Origin: Nemertoderma westbladi
Lineage: Eukaryota > Animalia > Xenacoelomorpha
Length of the DNA: 64,000 bases
Direction of reading: 5' to 3'
Assembly (NCBI GenBank): GCA_032718475.1
Contig: JAUCBJ010002087.1
Location: forward strand, 438 to 64,437
Shown: one piece after another, positions 13,307 through 26,900 of the stretch
How positions within the stretch are numbered: position 1 is the stretch's first letter
Layout: each line of letters begins with the position of its first letter
Position numbers and translations under genes: made by a program
The notes under the pieces: generated by a model
Told to the model about the DNA's origin: nothing
What the model saw: only the letters and a program-made list of their open reading frames with translations
Database searches by the model: none

Positions 13307-13996
13307 ATGGCTAACGACCTCAACGCGGTCGCCATCAAACTGCCCCCGTTCTGGACGGAAAACCCATCCGTCTGGTTCGCGCAGGTGGAGGCCCAGTTCC
13401 AACTCCGGAGGATTGTCGACGACTCGACAAAGTACTATCACGTCGTCGCCTCTCTCGACCAGCCGACCGCCGCTTGCCTCCTCGACACACTCACCGCTCC
13501 GCCTACAGATGGGAAGTACGAGGGACTGAAGGCGAGGCTCCTCGGGACTTTCGCCCTGAGTCGGCGGGAGCGCGCTGCGAGACTCCTCCATATGCGTGGG
13601 CTGGGCGACCGCAAGCCGTCCGAACTCATGGACGAGATGCTGGGGCTCCTCACCGGGCACACGCCGTGTTTGCTGTTCGAGCAACTCTTCCTCGAACAGC
13701 TCCCCGAGGACATTCGGCTACAAATCTCCAACGACTCTTTCGAGGACCCCCGCGCCCTGGCTGCGACCGCCGACGTTCTTTGGTTGGCCAAACGCCAGGG
13801 ACAATCCCAACTGGCCGGCATGAACAGGGGGATGACAAACTCGCATCGCCCCAGGGACTCCTCCACAAACTCCTCCGGCACTGCTCAGCCTGACACCAAA
13901 AGCGTGTGTTACTACCACGCTCGGTTCGGTAGCGCTGCCAAGCAGTGCAAGGCGCTGTGTTCCTTCCCGGGAAACGCCCCGACCAGCCGACGGTAG
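13307..13996 (+). CDS. gag: Gag of element B
   Basis: AVAIKLPPFW..WFAQVEAQF N-terminus; CYYHARFGSAAKQCKALC (C-x2-H-x9-C-x3-C) motif typical of the CsRn1 clade. Confidence 0.92.
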   Translation: MANDLNAVAIKLPPFWTENPSVWFAQVEAQFQLRRIVDDSTKYYHVVASLDQPTAACLLDTLTAPPTDGKYEGLKARLLGTFALSRRERAARLLHMRGLGDRKPSELMDEMLGLLTGHTPCLLFEQLFLEQLPEDIRLQISNDSFEDPRALAATADVLWLAKRQGQSQLAGMNRGMTNSHRPRDSSTNSSGTAQPDTKSVCYYHARFGSAAKQCKALCSFPGNAPTSRR

Positions 13997-14015
13997 CCGC
14001 GGCGTCGACTGGTCG
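13969..14015 (+). promoter_or_regulatory. -1 ribosomal frameshift signal (gag-pol) of element B
   Basis: Slippery G GGA AAC at 13969-13975 in the gag frame; stem cgaccagccgacg (13980-13992) / cgtcgactggtcg (14003-14015); the -1 frame encodes the protease. Confidence 0.8.
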
Positions 14016-17000
14016 ATACAAACAGCGGGATAACCTCCTCTACCTCTGGGACCGGAACTCCGGGCGCCACTTCCTCGTGGACACCGGCGCCCAGGTGAGT
14101 GTGTTCCCCGCCAGCGGATTCGACACCCGTTCCGGACGTACTGGGCCGCCGCTCCGCGCCGTCAACGGATCATCGATTCGTTCCTACGGGACGCGCTCTA
14201 TCCCCCTGCGGTTCAACGACCGGCGGACCCACTGGGACTTCGTCATCGCAGACGTCCCCCAACCATTGCTTGGGGCTGATTTCCTCTGCGACAACGCCCT
14301 GATGGTTGACGTTAAGGGGCAGCAACTCATCGACATGGAAACTTTCCAGCCGATCCCCCTCCGTTGCTCCTCCTCCACCATCCCGGGAACCCATCCTCAC
14401 CTCGCGTCGACCTCCGTGGACCGAGTTTACTCCGACCTCCTGGCGGAGTTCCCCGCCATCACGACGCCAACCTTCTCGGACTCGTCACGGCGTGGAGCAT
14501 TACATTCCGACCACTGGTCCTCCCGTTCACGCCCGCGCCCGTCGACTCCCTCTCGATAAACTCGAGATCGCGCGTGAAGAGTTCCGCAAGATGGAGGTGA
14601 TGGGGATTATTCGCCGTTCGAATAGCCCCTGGTCGTCTCCCCTCCACATGGCGCCCAAACCAAACGGCGGTTGGCGGCCCTGCGGCGACTACCGTCTCCT
14701 CAATGACGCCACGACCCCCGATCGGTACCCCGTCCCGCACATCCAGGACTTCTCGGCGCGACTCGCAGGGGCCACGATATTCTCCAAGGTCGATCTGGTG
14801 CGGGGCTACCACCAGATCCCCGTGGCGCCCGGAGACATTCCCAAGACCGCCGTTGTCACTCCGTTCGGCCTCTTCGAATTCGTTCGTATGCCGTTCGGCC
14901 TCAAGAACGCCGCCCAGGCCTTCCAACGCCTGATGGACTCTGTGTGCTCCGGGCTGGACTTCCTCTACGTGTACCTCGACGATATCCTCATCGCGAGTGA
15001 AACCCCCGAGGAACACCTCGCCCATCTGCGTCAACTCTTCCAGCGGCTCCAAGACTACGGCCTTGTTGTCAACCTTGCGAAGTGCGTGTTCGGGGTGGCG
15101 GAAATCCAGTTCCTGGGCCACGTCGTAAATGCATCCGGCGCCCATCCGCTCCCCGATAAGGTAGAAGCCGTCCGCTCCTTCCTGCGTCCAACCACCACCA
15201 AAGGGTTGCGGGAGTTTATCGGTATGGTAACGTTTTACCACCGATTTATACCCGCAGCTGCTGCCGCACTGCAGCCACTTTACGCCGCCGTCGCCACCAA
15301 GGCTAAGGACGTCGACTGGACTCCCGAACTAGCCGCGTCCTTCGAGTCCTCCAAGCGGGCCCTCGCAAACGCCGCCATGCTCGTCCACCCTCGCCACGAT
15401 GCGCCGACCTCCGTCACCACCGACGCATCAGACTCAGCTGTCGGCGCGGCACTAGAACAGTGGACCGATGGAAAGTGGCGACCGCTCGCGTTCTTCAGCC
15501 GACAACTTCGCCCTCCCGAACGGAAGTACAGCGCCTACGACCGCGAACTCCTCGGCTTATACCTCGCGGTCCGCCACTTCCGTTATTTTCTCGAAGGCCG
15601 AACGTTTGTGGCCTACACGGACCATAAACCCCTAACTCAGGCCTTCTCAAAGGTCACTGACCCCTGGTCCCCCCGTCAACAGCGCCACCTGGCGTACATC
15701 TCGGAATTCACCACGAATGTACGCCACGTAGACGGAAAGGACAACCAGGTCGCGGACGCCCTCTCTCGCAGCTTCGTGGGCCATCTGTCGACCCAACTCG
15801 GGGTCGACTATAAGGCCATGTCGGCCGCCCAACGGGAGGACGACGAACTACAGGCCTTCCGGGCAAACCCTGGTAGCCTCGATCTACGTGACGTCACACT
15901 CGCGGACGATGACGTCACGCTCCTCTGTGACGTCTCTACGGGCCGACCTCGGCCGATAGTCCCCAGCACGTGGCGCCGCCACATGTTCGATGTGGTCCAT
16001 TCGCTGTCCCACCCATCAATCCGCTCCACTAGGAAACTCCTCTCCGAGCGTTTCGTCTGGCACGGCCTGTCCAAACAAGTGACGAGCTGGGCCAAGGCTT
16101 GCGTCGCCTGCCAGACCTCTAAGGTTCAACGCCATATAAAGGCCCCCCTCGAGACATTCTCTGTTCCTCGACGCCGGTTCGACCATGTCAACGTCGACCT
16201 GGTAGGGCCCCTCCCTCCATCCAGAGGCTCCACCTACCTGTTTACGATCGTCGACCGGACTACTCGTTGGCCCGAGGCCATCCCGCTCGCCGACTCCACA
16301 ACCGAGAGCTGCGCCCGCGCTCTCGTCGCCCACTGGATCGCCCGGTTCGGCGTACCGGTCGAACTATCCTCCGACCGCGGCAGTCAGTTCACCTCGGAGT
16401 TGTGGGCCGACGTCAACAGACTCTTCGGCACCAAACTCCACCGGACGACGGCCTACCATCCGCAGGCAAACGGCCTGGTGGAACGGTTCCACCGTTCCCT
16501 CAAGGCCTCCCTTAGAGCCCGACTAACTGGACCAAACTGGGTCGACGAACTGCCATGGGCCCTTCTGGGCTACCGGACCGCCCCCAAAGAGGACCTCCAC
16601 TGCTCGTCGGCCGAGCTGGTCTACGGCGAGCCACTGACGGTGCCTGGCGACTTCGTTGCCTCGCCAACCGACCCTCCGAACTCGACAGCTTTCCTCCCGG
16701 GCCTCCACAACCACGCACGGCAGTTCATGCCCACACCAACCTCCCGTCATGGCCAACCCAACTCGTCAGTGCCGTCACAACTAACAACCAGTGACTATGT
16801 CTTTTTACGCACTGATGCTCACCGCGCTCCCTTACAGCGGCCCTACACCGGGCCGTACAAGGTCGTACAGCGCGGCTCAAAGACGTTCGTCATCGAGGTG
16901 GGCGGGCGTCAGGAGACCGTCTCCATCGACAGACTCAAACCGGCCCACCTCGCTATCGATGAACCCGTCATTGTGGCCATCCCACCGCGCCGTGGTCGAC

Positions 17001-17122
17001 CACCTACAGTGACACCCCCGGACCTCCCTCCCCCCAGTCCCTGCAATTCACCCGAACCACCGCAAACTACCATAGCAACTCGAAGTGGGCGGGCCATCCG
17101 GCAGCCGGACTATTTTTATTAA
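13975..17122 (+). CDS. pol: Pol of element B (protease-RT-RNase H-integrase) with one extra frameshift near 14485
   Basis: FLVDTGA protease; YLDD RT; TTDAS RNase H; HPSI..CVAC zinc finger; VDLVG/SDRGSQF/GLVERF integrase. Frame changes between PTFSDS and RHGVEHYIP. Confidence 0.9.
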
Positions 17123-19005
17123 TTCAGGTTCTGGGGGGAGCCATGTAGTGGCCATATATATATTAGGGGTCATCGAACCTGAATTGAACTAATACTGTTG
17201 TACCTTACTGCAGTATGCACCCATCACTGTGCACTGTATCAACTTTCGGTTTCATGGAAACTATTGTTACAGTCAGACAGTGGCTGTACCCGTAGTCATT
17301 ACTAATACTGGTTTTACTTACTGCTGTACTGACTCATGTAAATATTAAACGTTGAGAGACTACGCTCTCTACAAGCGATCATTGAGATTGATTGAGAAAC
17401 ACAAACAAGAATCGAACAGAAATTGCAAGTTAACGAATCATTGCAAGAAATCAAAAAAGGGCAGTAATTTACGCAGAAAACTAAGCATCGAATAATAGTT
17501 GAAGGTGAGCTGTGTGGGGTGTGGTGACTAAGCAGAATGTGAGATTGAGATAAGTAACAATGGAAGTAGGCCAATTTATAGGTGATTTGAGAAGGGTGAT
17601 GCAATCGATCTCTCATTGGCTCCCCAATCCGAGCTAACATCAGACCAACCTGGAAGCAGTTAGGCCAATAAGAGAGCCGGATTGTGGGCCTATAGCGCCC
17701 TGAAATCGTAAATTGCCACCATATAAGGTAATTTTCCCGATGCTTAATTTGGCGGTACTAATAATATCATGCACAAATATAAATTTAGCGCAATTATAGA
17801 GAAATTAAAACCAGTAGCTAGCCTCATCAAGGCTAATAACGGCAAGCCCAGATCCAGGGTCCAACAAGGACTTGCTACCCTGGAACTATCTACTTATATC
17901 CTATTACAAAATTACATAGGTAGGGCTACATACTATACAAAATGGATGAATCAAAAATATATGGGCGTTTCAACTTCCTTATCTAAATATCATTGCGCAT
18001 TATGTCTTATCTAAATAATTATACTGCATCACGGACTAATATATGATACTATATAATGGACTAATATATTATACTGTATAATGGACTAACATTATTATAC
18101 TGTATAACGGACTAATATATTACATAATGTAGGTACAGCGCCATATACCGTAACACCGCTCCAAGGGAAATCATGCAATGTTTCCCTCCAACTGTAGAAG
18201 AGTGTAAGGCGATGTATACAAAACAAAATAAATCTCTTTCAAATAATCTAAAATATCTTGATACTATACTATTTACAAATATTGCTATAGATATTGCATA
18301 ATGAATTGCATACAAATTAAATTTACAAAATATTATCTCTCTCAATGTTAACGATTATTACATACAAATTAAATTTACAAAAATATTACTTCCTCGTTCG
18401 TACTACATAATGATTACTACATACAAAATTAAATTGACAAAAATATTACTTCCTTTATTTATTTACAAATTGACGGTCTACCTATTGAAATGGAACATGG
18501 CTAGGACAATGTCCCCCATTTCCCATCTCAAATTAACGATCAACATTAACAAGATAAACTAAATATAAACGTATTGCATTAAAGGCCGATAATCAAATTA
18601 AATATAAAATACGTAATAATTTCTTCCATTTTCGGACTTTACTTAATTTCTTATAAAAAATGCAAATCATCTTGGTTTAATGATTGCTCAGGTAAGTGAA
18701 AGGAGTAAGCCAAACCCGCGGGTTTGTCTCCCCAATCACTTCCCTTGCCTCTTTCAATAAACTTTAGAGCAAATAAAGTCGTATACACAAAATCAAATAT
18801 AGTATAAAGTATTTACTATTTCCAACGGACTACAAAGTTAAAGTATTTCCTTTCAATATTTTTCGGCCTTCGAAAATAAAACTCTAAAATATGGATACGA
18901 CTAGTGTATATGAGTCCAGTCGAATGATTGATCAAAACCTACGATATACATCAGAGCGACGATGATGTATATGTCTAGAGTTTGTCGCTCCGTGATATTA
19001 TAGTC

Positions 19006-20190
19006 TCATCGGCTAGCTCCTGGGTCTCTCGGGCTCGCTCCCCTCTCCAGATACACCAGTCTACCTCCTGTAGACTCTGTTGACGGCGTCCTTGAGGCGT
19101 CACTTCCCGGAACCGGCGACGACGTTCCCTGGGCACCGACTATCTCCCGACTGGTGCTCCTCCCTCGGCCTCGTCCCATTTGCCGTGTCCCTGTGGGCGC
19201 CTCCGCCAACTCCTCCTTCTGCAACTTTATAGAATGGAACTGCTCGTCCTTGGCTTGACGCTTGCCAAGGACTCCTCCTTCTGCAACTTTATAGAATGGA
19301 ACTGCTCGTCCTTGGCTTGACGCTTGCCAAGGACTCCTCCTTCTGGTACTTGCCACGAGCTGTGAGCTCCGGCTGTTGTCGCTGTGGGCGCGGCGGTCCG
19401 TTGCTCCTCCACTCGTTCAGAGGTCAATGACCCCAAACGAGTCTCCTTAGGCCGCCAATTGTGCGCTGGGTAATAAATCTAGACGTATATATCAGAGCGA
19501 CGATGATATATAAAGGATTGGACATATTCGGGCTTAATAATGCGTGCGTCGAAACTTCCCGAAATAATTTGGAGTAAATATCGTATAAATAGCGGATCGT
19601 GGGTATAGTTAGTAGACGGATGGATGGCGCGAATCTCGTCTGGATACTCAGGCGTGAGCTTCCTCTCTTGGTGAAGCGAAGTGAACGTGGTCCAGGAACT
19701 CGAGTCCCGTGCCGCTTCGCGCCGCGCCTCTAGGTCTTTATAGGCTCGGTATAGCGAAATGGCCGCCGCCGTGTCTATCAAAGCGGGTGTCGAACAGGTT
19801 TAATCTCCGTATACGGATCTAAAGTCGTAACGGTCGGCGTAATGGGTCTCGGAGGTCGCTTTCCGCTGAAGTCGATACTGATCATCGGGTTGCTCATTGG
19901 GTAACCTCCCTCGTTATATCTAAGGAATTGGTGAGCTTGACATCGCGTTAATATTGGTTCAGGATGTTGCTCGTTCAGTCGATCGGGAATCGCCACGTCT
20001 TGTTTATTCATGCATTCACCGCATTTGTAGAACAACTTGTATACGCTGAAGACCTTTGGCGTCTCCTAATCCTCGCCTCGAGTCCTCCGGTAAAGATGCA
20101 TCCCGTCGAATTGATCTCGGAAGGCAGGTAGCGGTTCATCGTGTCGCAAATACATATATCCCAATAGTTCGTTACGCAAACCAATTACAC
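19006..20190 (-). pseudogene. Degraded accessory ORF region of element A (between pol and 3' LTR)
   Basis: GC-rich coding-like run of fragments: ..YMYLRHDEPLPAF..GED*ETPKVFSVYKLFYKCGEC.., a frameshift at ~19780 into IDTAAAISLYRAYKDLEARR, then 19436-19006 broken by a 62-bp tandem duplication. Confidence 0.55.
19209..19345. repeat. 62-bp tandem duplication (~2.2 copies)
   Basis: Unit starts actcctccttct at 19209, 19271 and 19333. Confidence 0.9.
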
Positions 20191-20912
20191 TGTGGGTAAA
20201 TCAGTTAGATGTCGCCGAAGGACAGACCTCTTGAGCCCCCCCACCCCCCCACCCCCCCCCCCCCCCCCGCCTTCCAGCAGTTCAGGTTCGACTCTCTAGA
20301 TCTCGTCTCATTCCTAACTATCCTCTAACCTATTCCCATGCATAGCGCAAAACTTTGGAGGTAAACTGGCCGTGACCAACTCACTTTTTGATGCCCAAAC
20401 TACTCCCATTACTTGTACTAAACTACAGTAGTTAGAAAGGGCCATAATCTCAATGCTCGACTATACCAAACCCACAGGTTTGATAATCGAACATCACACT
20501 TCACTGCAAACTACCGAGTGGGGTCCGTGTACGCCCTGGTGCTACTAACCTTTAGCACCTTAGTTGTACTGTTGGCACCAATCTGTGGATATTGCTAAAC
20601 TCAATTTACACTCCTACGTAATATAGCCGTCACCATGGTTTCTAAATGCTATTTTCCAGGCTTCACGACTTTTCAAATTACTGTTTATCTATAGACGAAT
20701 TCAAAACACGTCTATACACAGCGTCTGGAATTGTCTTGGGTTCACTTCTAATTTTTTTTTTTTAAATTTTCTAATTTTCCAAAATTTTGAAAATAAAATT
20801 TTGTTTTGATACCCACCAGACAAAACTCAACGCAAATCACCACAAACCCGCTCCTATGCATTTCCTAGTATTTGCATACGAGGAATGCATACGAAGTGAG
20901 TTGCGTCCAACA

Positions 20913-23900
20913 CTAATTTTTATTTGAGGCAGGAGACAAATTACAATCCCCCGTCTCGATGCGTGTCTCCTCTAATAACACGATATCTTGGACCGGTCGG
21001 TCCAAGGTGTGTAAACCATTAGTTTTACACTTCTTTGGGTGCGGACACTTGCACCTAATTTTCACAGTGACTGTGAGCACTATGTTTTGCACGTCTGGGT
21101 GTGTGTGCAAGATCACTCCCGTCTCCCAGTACTTTCTCTTGACAATCGGCTCGGTTATCAATACGTAATCTCCCCTTTGGAGACTCCGAACCGTTTTGTA
21201 CCACTTTGTTCTGGTGGATATGGTGGGAAGATAGTATTCCCGCCAATATTCCCAGAATGTGTACGCTACGAATTGAGTTATTTTCCAGCTCTTACGACTG
21301 TATAGGTCGGCACTAATGGGTTCTGATGCCGGCACAAGAAATGCTGGACTCTGCATTAGCAAATGATTCGGCGTTAATGCAACACCGTCTGGTAACATAG
21401 CTATCGGCCTCGAGTTTAATGTATGCTCGATTTCGATGAAAGCTGTGACCAGTTCGTCGTCGGTAAGTTGTTTGTTTACAGGCAACGTTTTGGCAATGGC
21501 CTGCTTTACAGAGCGAACTAAACGCTCCCAACTTCCTCTTCTCCAAGGACTTTCTGGAGTATTAAATCTCCACTCTACTCTTTGCGGCAAAAGTGCTGCA
21601 GAAATTTCCTTATTCTGTGCCGCTTTATGAACCGCGTTCAACTCGCTATTCCCTCCGACAAAGTTTGTACCCTTGTCAGAGTAGAACGCCTTTACTAGTC
21701 CTCTCCTGGCCATAAATCTCTTCAAGGCCAGGAGCAGAGATTTGGTCGACATGTCTGCCACACGCTCAATGTATATGGCTCTACTAGCCATACATGTCAG
21801 TAGCAGACCCCATCGCTTGTGGGTCAACCGTCCACTCTTTGCTTCAATCGGACCAAAACAATCCACCCCTGTGTTCGTAAAGGGTGGGTCATATGCCTGC
21901 ACTCTCGCTTCCGGGAGTTCAGCCATCTCCTGTTCCAATACTCTGGCGTTCACCCTCTTGCAAACCAGACAGGCGTCATACATAGTGCCTACTGCCCTGC
22001 TTGGCTGCAATAAAATGAATCGCTGTCTCGCTGCCGACAAACAGTGTAACTTTCCCGCGTGATGCAACCTCTTGTGTATATCCCATAGAATCGCTCTTTG
22101 CAATTCTATTGGGTGACTAGGGATTATCACTGGGAACCTGAACTGTGAGTTTATGTCGACAGTCTGGATTCTCGATCTATGACAAATCAAACCCTTATGG
22201 ATTAATGGACTCCATTTTCTAAGGGGTTTATAGAGAACTGGTCGTTGAGCCGATAATAGATAGAATTCTTTGGGGAAGGTACACATTTGATAATGTTTCA
22301 AATGCTTTAATTCCGCTTGATCAATCTCATCCTCTGTCAGAGGTTGTTTCAATTTCTGAATTCGCTCACTATTAGTGCTCGTTTGTTCTCCTAAATGTTC
22401 CGAATGTTTTATACAAAGGTACGAAATGTATCGGCTTAACCACGCAGTTCTTTTACAAATTGTCAGCCAAGAGGCAGACGAATTTAGTAATTTGTCATAA
22501 ACACTACATGGCTCAAATGCCAGCGATGGTTGTCCGCTAACTAATGGAAGTTTCGAATCCAAACCCGCAGGTTTGGAAACCAAAGGCTCCATTTTGTCAG
22601 TCATTTTCTGTCCGTCACTTACTAATTGTGACTCCGGTTTAGTCTGTAAGGGTGGTTTTATGTCATAACTTACCCTTCCGGACCTAGTAGTCACGTAAGT
22701 CTGTTGGTCTGACAGGTCTCCGGGCCGCTCCAATGACTCTTCAGGCCGCTCCAATGACTCTTCAGGCCGCTCCAATGACTTGAGTTTGGCTTTAGACTTT
22801 GACTTAGAGACTTTCCCCACTTTGACTTCTGCATCTTCAGGCATCGGATTGGTCACTATCTTTAGTCGCTCTGGCCAATGTTCCTGTGTCCTCGTTAGAA
22901 AATCAGGTCCATGCAACCAAAACTCCTGCGACTCTTCCTGACAGAATTCCGCCGGCATTGCACCTCTCGAAGTTATGTCGGCCGGGTTTAACACTGCCGG
23001 ACAATGTCTCCATTGTTCCTTCGTCGAAAAGTCAACGATTTGAGCGCGTCTGTTGGCCACAAATGTCTTTAGTGCAATATTGTCGGCCGCAATATATACT
23101 AACACTAAGGATGCGTCCGTCCAATAGAATAAGGTCAATGTCGTGTCTAACTCCTTTGTTATCTGCTTACTTACCTCGACTGAAACTACAGCCGCCTGTA
23201 ACTCTGCACGAGGGACAGTCATGTATTTGACCGGCATTGTCTTTGATCTAGAAGTCACAAAAGCCGTCTCAAATTTATCCTGACTCACCTCTCGGCGAAG
23301 GTAGGCTACCATACCAAAGCCGGTGTCACTTGCGTCACTAAACAAGTGGAGTTCGAGATCAGCTGGGAATACCAGCTGATTCGGAAAGTAGGAACGGGGT
23401 ACATCTATATTTTTCAATAGATGCAACTCGGCCTCCCACTCTCTCCACTGCTTTGCATGTATAGGAGATATTGGTTCGTCCCACTCTAAGTCGGACAACC
23501 AAATTTTCCTCATGCACGCTCGTGCCTGTAATATTACCGGACTGATAAATTTCATCGGGTCAAATAGTCTACTTAAAGTCGATAAGCAAATTCTCTTTGT
23601 CAAAACTTTGTCTGGGCTACTGGGCTCAAATCTAACTCTTACCTGGAATTTATCCGTGTTCGGATTCCAAGCGAGTCCCAGTACTCGCGCCATGGGGATG
23701 GGTTCTACCCCCAATTCAATGTCTCCGCTCCCGCGATCCTTTACCGGGAACGACTCTAATAGGGCCTCCGAGTTCGTAGTGAACTTGGTCAGAGGAAATC
23801 CCCCTGTAGCCAAGCACTCCTGCAGGCCGTGAGCCACTTCTATGGCTTGTTCCGCCGTGTCCTTGGACACCAATCCGTCATCCATATAGAAGTTTCTCAA

Positions 23901-26900
23901 GATGGACTCGATAACCTCTACTGGATACTTACCAATCTGGGCTGTTGCCGTTTTCTTTAGAACAAACAGCGTGCCATTCGGACTATCGCGGGCGCCAAAT
24001 ATCCTAACGTACATTTGGTATGTAACCACTGGGCCGGATAAGTCTTCATTCTCGTACCAGAGAAATCGAAGACTATCCTGGTCTGCCTTACAGGCTCTTA
24101 CCTGGTGGAGCATCGCCTCGATGTCACAAGTAAATGCGAATCGCCGCTGTCTAAAACGCAACAGTATTCCTATCAAATAATTATTCAGGTTGGGACCATC
24201 CATCAACTCTGAATTCAGGGACATACCTCTATAGACTGCTGCGCAGTCGTTGACTACTCGGACTTTGTCTGGTTTGTCAGGGTGAGTCACATAGTGGTGT
24301 GGGAGGTAATAAGTCTGGTCTGTCACTAAGTCAGGGTCCTCTACCTTCCCAGCAAATCCCTTGGCAAAATAGTTGTTGATCTGGGCGCAATACTTCTCCC
24401 TAATGTCTGGATTCCTTAACAACCGAGCCCTTACTCCGTTCAATCTTTTCAAGGCTAAGCTGTAGTTGTTCTCCTACTTAGGTGGTTGTCGACGCCACAA
24501 CATTCCAACTTCAAAATGTCCAGTCGGCAGCAGACGTATGGTGTCTTCCATCATCTCCAGCGACCGCTTCTCATCAGTGGACATGGCTAGGTCATATCCA
24601 CCGGGTTCCATTGCGTCCCTATCCAGCCATTCGACGGTTCTAGCTCCTGTCTCGAGGTCCTGGCGTATCAATTCCTTCTGTAGCTCCTCCTCACTGTATT
24701 GGAAAATGTCGAGGTCTCGATATTTAGCCACTTGACCCTCCACTATGTCGGTATAAGTCAAAACGTTACTCAGATAAGTAGCGTGGGCCGCTGAACCAGA
24801 CCCACGGGTCTGATAACAGTAGTCCTCGGGTTCACTATCTGTCCGGTCATTGTGAAGTGGTTCCGACAACCTAACATTATCGGGAATCAACTCCTCGCCC
24901 GACTCGCTAAAGTCACTATAGTGGTCGATACAGGTTCTCCTAAACTCGTCTATGTCTGGTGGTTCTACTAACGGTGGTTGAGTTATAGGCTGTAATTCGT
25001 CGTATCTGTCTATTGGCTTGTCGCCACCTGTAAACTCATAAGACATGGGTACTCTTGTATACCAACCTAGTATGGTCCTATGGGCATGTGGTCCATTGAC
25101 ATGCGGCTCAGCTGGTCTCGTTTCCCATATTTGGTGGGCGATCAGCTGTTCTGCACCAATCAACATAGAAACATTCCTATAACCTACCTGGTGTCTCGGT
25201 ATTCTGAGCTTGTCAAAATACTCCTGTGCTATGGGACTCATTGGCGGCACCTTACCTAACTGCCTGCCGAATCCCTTCATAGCTAGACACTTAAATCCGT
25301 CCAATGGCAAAGCTTTCCGTTCTTGTCGAGTATGTTGGTCTCTCGGAAGTAGGGAGTCTAGTTCTACCGAAATTCTGTGTCCCTTGAGGTCTCCTACTCC
25401 ATGCATAGACTTCAACTCTATTTGGATCTCCTCGGCGTCCTGGAAGCTAGAAACGGCTCTCGCCACTTCCTCGTCGATATACGATAATGTGGACGCAGTG
25501 TCCAACATCACATATATTCGCTTAGATCCCTTATCGCCAGTAAGTTTCACCGGAATCACGCTAAATATTTCCGACGTGGCCGATGATAAATACGTCCACG
25601 CGCTGGTCGATGAACTATCCGCGGTGAAACCTTGGCAGGTCACCTCTCTTGCGCTCGACTCGCCATCCTCGTCCGACGAACCTGGTTGATAACCATCGTC
25701 CTGAATGCCGGTATATGTATTCCTTCTTATCGATACGGGTTCTTTGCTCCCCTTCCTGTGAGGATTTCGCTGTAAGTAACGGTCCGTTGGTGTATGGAAA
25801 TCCGCATGTAGCAACTTGTGATGTAGTCTGCCGCATTCCATGCATCCGTCCTTGCTGTTCGGGCACTGCCGCCATACATGACCTGGCGCAAGACATGCCC
25901 AACAGGTGTCCAACGTCCGCACTTGAACTCTTCTCTGTTCTGAATTTAATTCTTTGAACCGTCTGCAACTATCTAACTTATGGTCGTCAGATCTTACCTC
26001 CTTTAGTAAACAGTATTGGCAACCTACAAATCCATCCGGCAACTCCTGTTGCTTTAACCTAGGTCTATCTAACCGCTCACCTGACCATACTCGCGAGTCT
26101 GATCTAAAGGCTAGGGTACTCGAATTATATCTGTCTACTGAGTTAAATGTCACAGTGGTCCTGTCATCGTCAAAACTTACCATAGACTTACCGGTAACAG
26201 GTTTAGACTCTCTCATATTCTCTTCTGAGAAGTTTGATTTCATCTCTGCTACTGCGTCTGTGGCTATCATGTCATGAATATGCTGAAGTGTCAATACTTT
26301 ACCTTGGCCCTCCAACTTATTCTCCAATTTGCGCCATTTTTGTCGATAACGCATGTTTAAACGTCTTATTACGCTCTTTAAAACTTCGGCGTGATCACCA
26401 TGATGAGGTAGATTCACCGTCCTCAAGATGTCCAATGCGTTCGAAATAGCATTCGCTAAGTTCAACAGCTCTAACAGAGTTGTAATCCTTCCGCCCTTAC
26501 CCAAGTCTTCCACTATCGACTGTGCCATCTTGGTTTTATTCCCGTAGATGTCGCTAAGTGTCTTTATTGCCAACTCAAATGCCCTTTCATTGCCAACGAA
26601 GTTGTCAGCAATGGCTCTAGGTTCTCGATGGACCATTTGAAGCAAATAGTTGAATTTCTCATTGGGAGTAAAGGTGCTGTTGGTTAGCTGTTCATCGACA
26701 TAGGTTTTGAACGTCCTCCAATGCTTATGGTTACCCATAAACTTCTGGGGTTGTTGCGTCGGCAGTCCTTGCCTAGCAGCAAACTTACCTATGTCCCTAA
26801 GGGTTGCGTCGTTCCGGGTTAACAAATGGTTTAGTTCCGCAGGGTTGTTAAGTCTGGTCCTTTCCCGGTGGTTCAAACTTACCTGCTCCGCGTCCGTCCT

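Larger units (their letters stand above)
13018..17373 (+). mobile_element. Ty3/Gypsy LTR retrotransposon 'B', CsRn1-like clade
   Basis: 230-bp LTRs 13018-13247 and 17144-17373 (TG...CA, appear identical); 4-bp TSD AGCG; PBS TGGTGACCCAGAC resembling tRNA-Trp; PPT ggggggag; CHCC gag motif. Confidence 0.96.
11641..18155 (-). repeat. 3' LTR of element A (~2155 bp net; split by Gypsy B)
   Basis: 11641-13017 plus 17378-18155 match 28877-30601/42433-43494. On the minus strand it is preceded by a short PPT-like ttggagcgg (plus 18156-18164). Confidence 0.93.
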
